Shown in pieces: positions 59,679-64,000 of a DNA stretch of 64,000 bases (position 1 is its first letter; each line of letters starts with the position of its first letter). A program made the position numbers and the translations under genes. The notes below the pieces were generated by a model. The model saw only the letters and a list, made by a program, of their open reading frames with translations. It was not told the DNA's origin and searched no databases. The stretch spans positions 7,862 through 71,861 of the forward strand of contig JAPLYG010000001.1 of the NCBI GenBank assembly GCA_026395685.1, written 5' to 3'. Source of the DNA: Candidatus Parcubacteria bacterium (lineage in GTDB: Bacteria > Patescibacteriota > Patescibacteriia > CAIXNZ01).

Positions 59679-59727
59679 TCCATTGTCCCGCGGCGCGGGA
59701 TCCGCCTCCGGCGGAAACTACAGGGAC
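59679..59727 (-). repeat. Duplicate of the tRNA-Arg 5' end (19 nt) with a 30-bp insert in the D-stem
   Basis: Matches 59641-59659 apart from the insert at 59686-59715. Confidence 0.9.
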
Positions 59728-59728
59728 G

Positions 59729-59825
59729 AAATCCGCTCTGTCATTCCGAATGTTAATGAGGAATCTCTTTGGGTTTCGGTATCCAAGGAGATCCTTCGCT
59801 ATGCTCAGGATGACAGAGCGGATTT
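59729..59825. repeat. REP/MITE-like 97-bp hairpin
   Basis: Perfect 16-bp terminal IR aaatccgctctgtcat/atgacagagcggattt with an inner gaggaatctc/gagatccttc stem. Confidence 0.8.
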
Positions 59826-59875
59826 TAATTTAAAAAAGCTCAAAGCTCAAAGCTCCGAGCCCAGAGCTTACTCGT

Positions 59876-59904
59876 ATTTTAGCAGAAAAATTTAGTTTAG
59901 TCAA
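59876..59904 (-). promoter_or_regulatory. Promoter of the tRNA-Arg/His operon
   Basis: TTGACT-17 nt-TAAAAT on the minus strand. Confidence 0.7.
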
Positions 59905-59960
59905 TATTAAAAAGGCGAGAGAACTCGCCTTTTGTCAGCAGTGGGAAAATCGTTTATCGA

Positions 59961-60320
59961 CTATCTTTTTCTGGCCAGATAATCCTCTGGGAATTTGGCT
60001 GGAATGATGATCAGCGCTTTGCAGTGTCGGCATTTAATTTCCAGTTTGTTACCGAGAAATCTGCCTAAAAGATTACCGCAGTCACACCTTTCATCCAGGT
60101 ATTTATTCGGCTCTTTACCGATTGAAATCTCCAAGTCAATCTGGCAGGGAATGAATATTAACCGTTTACAACGGCGGCATTTAATTTCAATACCGCTGGT
60201 ATCTCCCGTAACCACTTTGCAGAACAAAGTTCCGCAATCGCAACGTACTTCGTTGCCGATAATCCTAATCCGTGGCCTGTTACCCTTAAAAACTCTGTTG
60301 GTTCTGGGGTCATTAGCCAT
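59961..60320 (-). CDS. Tandem Com-like (Mu Com) zinc-ribbon protein
   Basis: Two repeats of RCDCG.L...EIKCR.CK; AGGAGG RBS. Confidence 0.7.
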   Translation of the reverse strand: MANDPRTNRVFKGNRPRIRIIGNEVRCDCGTLFCKVVTGDTSGIEIKCRRCKRLIFIPCQIDLEISIGKEPNKYLDERCDCGNLLGRFLGNKLEIKCRHCKALIIIPAKFPEDYLARKR

Positions 60321-60413
60321 TTTTTACCTCCTAAGGTATTTTTTCGACTTCAGTTGAAGTCTCCGTTAAATTATCAGGAAGCAAATAATATGTCAAGGCG
60401 ATTATTCTTATGT

Positions 60414-61352
60414 TTAGCCTTTAGTTTTATGATGAAAATTCTTATAAACTTCGCGCAGTTGCTTATCAGTAATATGAGTATAAATTTGAGTAGTGGTAAT
60501 TGATGAATGTCCCAGCATCATCTGGACTGAACGGATATCAGCGCCGTTTTGGAGCAGATCCGTGGCAAAGGAATGGCGCAACACATGGGGAGTAATTTTT
60601 TTGGTAATGCCGGCAATCTTGGCGCATTTTTGGACGATCCTTTGAACTGACCGCGGAGTTAAGCCTTTATCTTCTTTGGTTTTATTGCGTTTTATTCCGG
60701 CTTTGTCATGATTGGTAAATAAATAGGCGGACATATCTTTGCGGGCATCACAATATTTTTTTATCCAGTGTTTGGCCTGGTTGGATAAAAAGACGACACG
60801 TAATTTCGAGCCTTTGCCGCGGACCGTGAATTCGTCTTTATTGAGGTTGATTGCCTCTTTTTTCAAGCCGGCTAATTCAGAAACACGCAATCCGGTACAA
60901 AATAAAGTTTCCAGAATTGCTTTGTCGCGCAGTTGTAATATTTCCGGCTGATCAATTTTAAAAGGCGCTTCCAGAAAGTTTTGCAAATCAGAGCCTTCCA
61001 AAAATTCGATCTGGCGTTCGGGCATTTTGGCTAGTTCAATTTTTTCCGGAGCTAAAGTTTTAATATCCTGTTTGGCTAAATACTTTAAAAAAGCGCGCAA
61101 GGCGATCAGATGATAATTCTGAGTATTTTTTTTCAGCGGCGAACCAGCCGCATCTGTTTGCCTGTTGAGCCATAAGCGATAATTGCGCACAGAATCCTGG
61201 GTGATTTGTTCTGCGCCGGAAAAACCAGACCAAGCCAAAAAACGGTTGAGATAGAAATGATAATTCTCAATCGTATTGCGCGCCCGGCCTTTTTCAATTT
61301 CGAGGTATTCGAGAAATTGGCGGATTAGGTTTTGGAGATTTGGTGATGGCAT
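60414..61352 (-). CDS. XerC/XerD-family tyrosine recombinase
   Basis: RDKAILETLFCTGLRVSEL, GKGSK.R, HVLRHSFAT and LGHSSITTTQIY. Confidence 0.92.
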   Translation of the reverse strand: MPSPNLQNLIRQFLEYLEIEKGRARNTIENYHFYLNRFLAWSGFSGAEQITQDSVRNYRLWLNRQTDAAGSPLKKNTQNYHLIALRAFLKYLAKQDIKTLAPEKIELAKMPERQIEFLEGSDLQNFLEAPFKIDQPEILQLRDKAILETLFCTGLRVSELAGLKKEAINLNKDEFTVRGKGSKLRVVFLSNQAKHWIKKYCDARKDMSAYLFTNHDKAGIKRNKTKEDKGLTPRSVQRIVQKCAKIAGITKKITPHVLRHSFATDLLQNGADIRSVQMMLGHSSITTTQIYTHITDKQLREVYKNFHHKTKG

Positions 61353-61370
61353 GTATTTTAATAGGATTGT

Positions 61371-61492
61371 GAGGGAGAATAGGAAGAAGATGATTAGATG
61401 ACTGTAGGAAAATAGGATAATAGGACAAAATCAGTCATCTAATCCTGTAATCCTATTCTCCTTTTCTTCCTCTTCTTCCTTTAACTCCTCTT
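61371..61492. repeat. Purine/pyrimidine periodic inverted repeat
   Basis: gagaatagga...gattagatgactg paired with cagtcatctaatc...tcctattctc. Confidence 0.7.
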
Positions 61493-61670
61493 ATAAACAC
61501 ATTTTACGACACTTTGGAATCTTTGTAAATAAACTAGAGAAATTAATTAGTAAGTTAGAGTTAGATTTTGGATATATTTTGACTTGACAAGGTAATGCGA
61601 ATATGGTAATTTGCCAAATCGTACATATTGTCCTTTTAAAGCAATAACAACCAAGGGAAAGGAGAAAGTC

Positions 61671-61991
61671 ATGTGGGAAGTGCTTGAATTGGTTTTGTTG
61701 GCCATTATTTTTGTGATGGGTGTAACTCAGGTGGTTATTCCTGCGTTTTCCAAACTGCCCTTTTTTTGGCTCTTTCGCCAAAACGGCTTCAAAAGGCTCA
61801 TAAAGGCTGAGACAGATTTGACCGAAGCAGAAGTTGAGAGTGAAGCCCGCCAAGTTGAAAGAGAAGCGTGGGATAAAAAGTTGGACGGGTTGGGGATTGA
61901 CCATGATGAAAAACAAGATTCCGATAGTAATTTTGGGATACCGGAAACCAAACGCAGACAACAGCAGAAAGAAAGGGAGAAGGGAAAATGA
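61671..61991 (+). CDS. Small membrane-anchored protein
   Basis: AGGAG RBS, N-terminal TM and charged tail; ATGA overlap with the next gene. Confidence 0.6.
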   Translation: MWEVLELVLLAIIFVMGVTQVVIPAFSKLPFFWLFRQNGFKRLIKAETDLTEAEVESEARQVEREAWDKKLDGLGIDHDEKQDSDSNFGIPETKRRQQQKEREKGK

Positions 61992-63229
61992 GAGACGACA
62001 GTTATTCACCGCAGGGGCTTTTTAAAAAGACCATCGGAGTCTTGGCGATACTCGCCTTGTTTGTGCTGGCAGCAGCGTCGACCAAGCTTTTTGAGCAGGT
62101 CGCGGCCGGCGAGATCGTGGTTATCCAGGATCCGTATGACGGCGAACTGCATTTTTACACTGACCCCGGACTGGTCTATCAGAACCTCGGACATGCGACC
62201 CATTACAAAAAATCCTTCCAGTACTGGTTTTCTAAGATGGATGATCAGGGCAATACCAAGGATCAGTCCATCAAGATCCGCTTCAATGACGGCGGTCACG
62301 CCACCATCAGCGGATCAGTGCGTGTGGATTTACCGGTCGATAAGGTTATGCTGAGGGATATTCACACGCGTTTGGGTAGTCAGGCTGCAATTGAGCAGGA
62401 AGTGATCAGGACCGTGATCGAAAAATCGGTTTACATGAGTGGACCGCTCATGTCCTCCAAGGAAAGCTACGCTGAAAAGAGAAACAGTCTGATCACATAC
62501 ATCGAAGATCAGGCTGCCTCGGGAATTTACCGGACAATCTCCAAGGAGGCCAAAGTTACTGATCCCCTGACCGGAACGGATAAAACCGTTACCCAGGTCG
62601 AGATCGCGACTGATGCTGCGGGCCTTTTACTGCGGCAAGAGTCTTCTCCACTTCTGCGTTTCGGCTTGAAGCTCTACAACCTTTCCATCAACGCCATCGA
62701 CTATGACGGCGAAGTGGAAAAGCAGATCAACAGCCAGCAGCAGGCGACCATGGAGGTTCAGACCGCCATGGCCGAGGCCAAAAAAGCTGAACAGCGCGCC
62801 ATTACCGTGGAAAAGCAGGGTGAAGCCAATGCTGCCACTGCCAAGTGGGAGCAGGAAACCATTAAAGCCAAGGCAGTGGTTGAAGCGCAGATGCGTCTGG
62901 ACGTGGCTACTCTGGATCGCCAGGCCGCGGAACAGACCAAGCAGAAGGAAATCCTGCTTGGTGAAGGCGAGGCTACCAGGAAAAAGCTGGTAATGGAAGC
63001 GGACGGTGCTTTGAGCCAGAAACTGGAAGCCTGGACTAAAGTCAACGAACTGTACGCCAACGCCATCTCCAATTACAAGGGCAATTGGGTGCCCGGCGTC
63101 ATGATGGGTGGGAGCAGTGCCAACTACGGAAACGGCGCTCAGGATCTGATCAACTTGTTGTCGGTAAGTACCGCCAAACAGTTGAGTCTGGATATGAGCG
63201 TCCCCGCCGGCAATCAGCCCCCCAAGTAA
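61988..63229 (+). CDS. SPFH/band-7 domain protein with coiled coil
   Basis: N-terminal TM, IRFNDGG..ISGSVR, AE/AK-rich coiled coil and WVP.VMMG tail. Confidence 0.75.
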   Translation: MRDDSYSPQGLFKKTIGVLAILALFVLAAASTKLFEQVAAGEIVVIQDPYDGELHFYTDPGLVYQNLGHATHYKKSFQYWFSKMDDQGNTKDQSIKIRFNDGGHATISGSVRVDLPVDKVMLRDIHTRLGSQAAIEQEVIRTVIEKSVYMSGPLMSSKESYAEKRNSLITYIEDQAASGIYRTISKEAKVTDPLTGTDKTVTQVEIATDAAGLLLRQESSPLLRFGLKLYNLSINAIDYDGEVEKQINSQQQATMEVQTAMAEAKKAEQRAITVEKQGEANAATAKWEQETIKAKAVVEAQMRLDVATLDRQAAEQTKQKEILLGEGEATRKKLVMEADGALSQKLEAWTKVNELYANAISNYKGNWVPGVMMGGSSANYGNGAQDLINLLSVSTAKQLSLDMSVPAGNQPPK

Positions 63230-63276
63230 CGCACAACCAACCCCCGTCTGAATAAGGCGGGGGTTTTTAATTAGGT

Positions 63277-63363
63277 TACAAATTTACTGATAAGCTACAG
63301 ATCTACGGATTTTGTCCCCGTAATTATATTAGTAGATTCGTAGCAAATTCGCAGATTAGCATC
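63277..63363. repeat. Degenerate inverted repeat upstream of the rpsO promoter
   Basis: gctacagatctacgg...gtagattcgtagc arms. Confidence 0.5.
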
Positions 63364-63487
63364 AATACTTTGTCTTGACATACATGAATTTAAGTGTTAC
63401 CATTACCTTAGCTAATAAAGTTAAGCGTTTTCTCGGTTTTGGGGCGGCTCCCACACTCGGATAAGCGCAATAGAAAGATTTAAAATT

Positions 63488-63781
63488 ATGCCATTAAGTA
63501 AAGAACAAAAGGACCGGGTAATTAAAAAGTACCGCGTCCATGACACTGACACCGGTTCAGCTGAAGTGCAGATTGCCATCTTGACTGAAGAAATTAAGCA
63601 GCTGACAAACCACATGAAAGAACATAAACATGATTATTCCAGCCGTTTGGGCTTAATCAGAAAAGTTCAGGAACGAAAGAGGTTATTAGATTACTTAAGA
63701 AGGGAAAATTTTGAAAGTTATGAAAAATTGGCTAAAGAATTAAAGTTGAAAGTTGCTCAACAAAAAATTGAACAATTATAA
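63488..63781 (+). CDS. rpsO: 30S ribosomal protein S15
   Basis: DTGSAEVQIAILT and HKHDYSSRLGL; promoter TTGACA(63375)-17-TACCAT. Confidence 0.97.
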   Translation: MPLSKEQKDRVIKKYRVHDTDTGSAEVQIAILTEEIKQLTNHMKEHKHDYSSRLGLIRKVQERKRLLDYLRRENFESYEKLAKELKLKVAQQKIEQL

Positions 63782-63835
63782 TATTTAATTAATTCCCCGT
63801 GCTAAGCGGGGATTTTGGTTAATAAGGAAATATCG

Positions 63836-63919
63836 GAACCACAGATTTTTATTCACTGATTGCACAGATTATTGGGGAAATTGGTCATCAGTGTTATCTG
63901 TGAATTTAAATCAGTGGTT
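63836..63919. repeat. Degenerate inverted repeat (cacagat/atctgtg type)
   Basis: aaccacagattt...cactgat...cacagat paired with atcagtg...atctgtg...aaatcagtggtt. Confidence 0.6.
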
Positions 63920-63931
63920 AAGCTTATTCAT

Positions 63932-64000
63932 ATGAAAAAACATTCAGACCAGCGCGTCGGCGTATTCGTCGATGTGCAAAACATGTACCATTCCGCTAAG
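63932..64000 (+). CDS. NYN-domain protein, 5' part (runs off the window)
   Basis: MKKHSDQRVGVFVDVQNMYHSAK. Confidence 0.75.
   Translation, partial: MKKHSDQRVGVFVDVQNMYHSAK

Noticed and set aside
60414-61352. Integron integrase driving the gene cassettes
   Set aside because: It looks like a plain XerC/D with no evident IntI insertion. The cassettes have their own promoters and no clear attC sites.
139-63615. Numerous short antisense or overlapping ORFs in the ORF track (e.g. 9300..9797, 11197..11811, 41078..41677, 56329..56751, 59645..59895, 61491..62009)
   Set aside because: They are shadows of well-supported genes, tRNAs or repeats, with no motifs or RBS.

Overview
AT-rich bacterial window in the standard genetic code. 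Gene content and protein styles suggest a Patescibacteria/CPR (Parcubacteria-like) genome; this is an inference. Layout: (1) 1-12.3 kb: methyltransferase, GT-C-like membrane proteins, a dockerin/cohesin surface pair and a PAS two-component system. (2) About 12.5-31.2 kb: an accessory island next to tRNA-Glu. Its defence cargo is a type IIG-like RM gene broken by one in-frame TAA, Sir2-HerA, several PD-(D/E)XK nucleases, a DUF262 stub, TcmP plus radical SAM and a DUF2779-type nuclease operon behind a structured RNA leader. It ends in a capsid-less module of two methylases, TerS, TerL and a serine recombinase. (3) 31.3-64 kb: backbone genes (tsaD, tsaE, pilB-like, ftsH, purL, purM, GTP-PEPCK, csp, xer, rpsO, three tRNAs) mixed with single-gene cassettes and many intergenic palindromic or periodic repeats. 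Three signals stand out as unexplained. First, 30-bp inserts made of two 15-bp palindromes sit precisely in duplicated tRNA fragments, once beside a GIY-YIG nuclease. Second, a ~165-nt multi-hairpin attenuator-like RNA lies upstream of a two-nuclease operon. Third, the integrated element carries a terminase but no structural phage genes. No database searches were run; all calls come from motifs and context.
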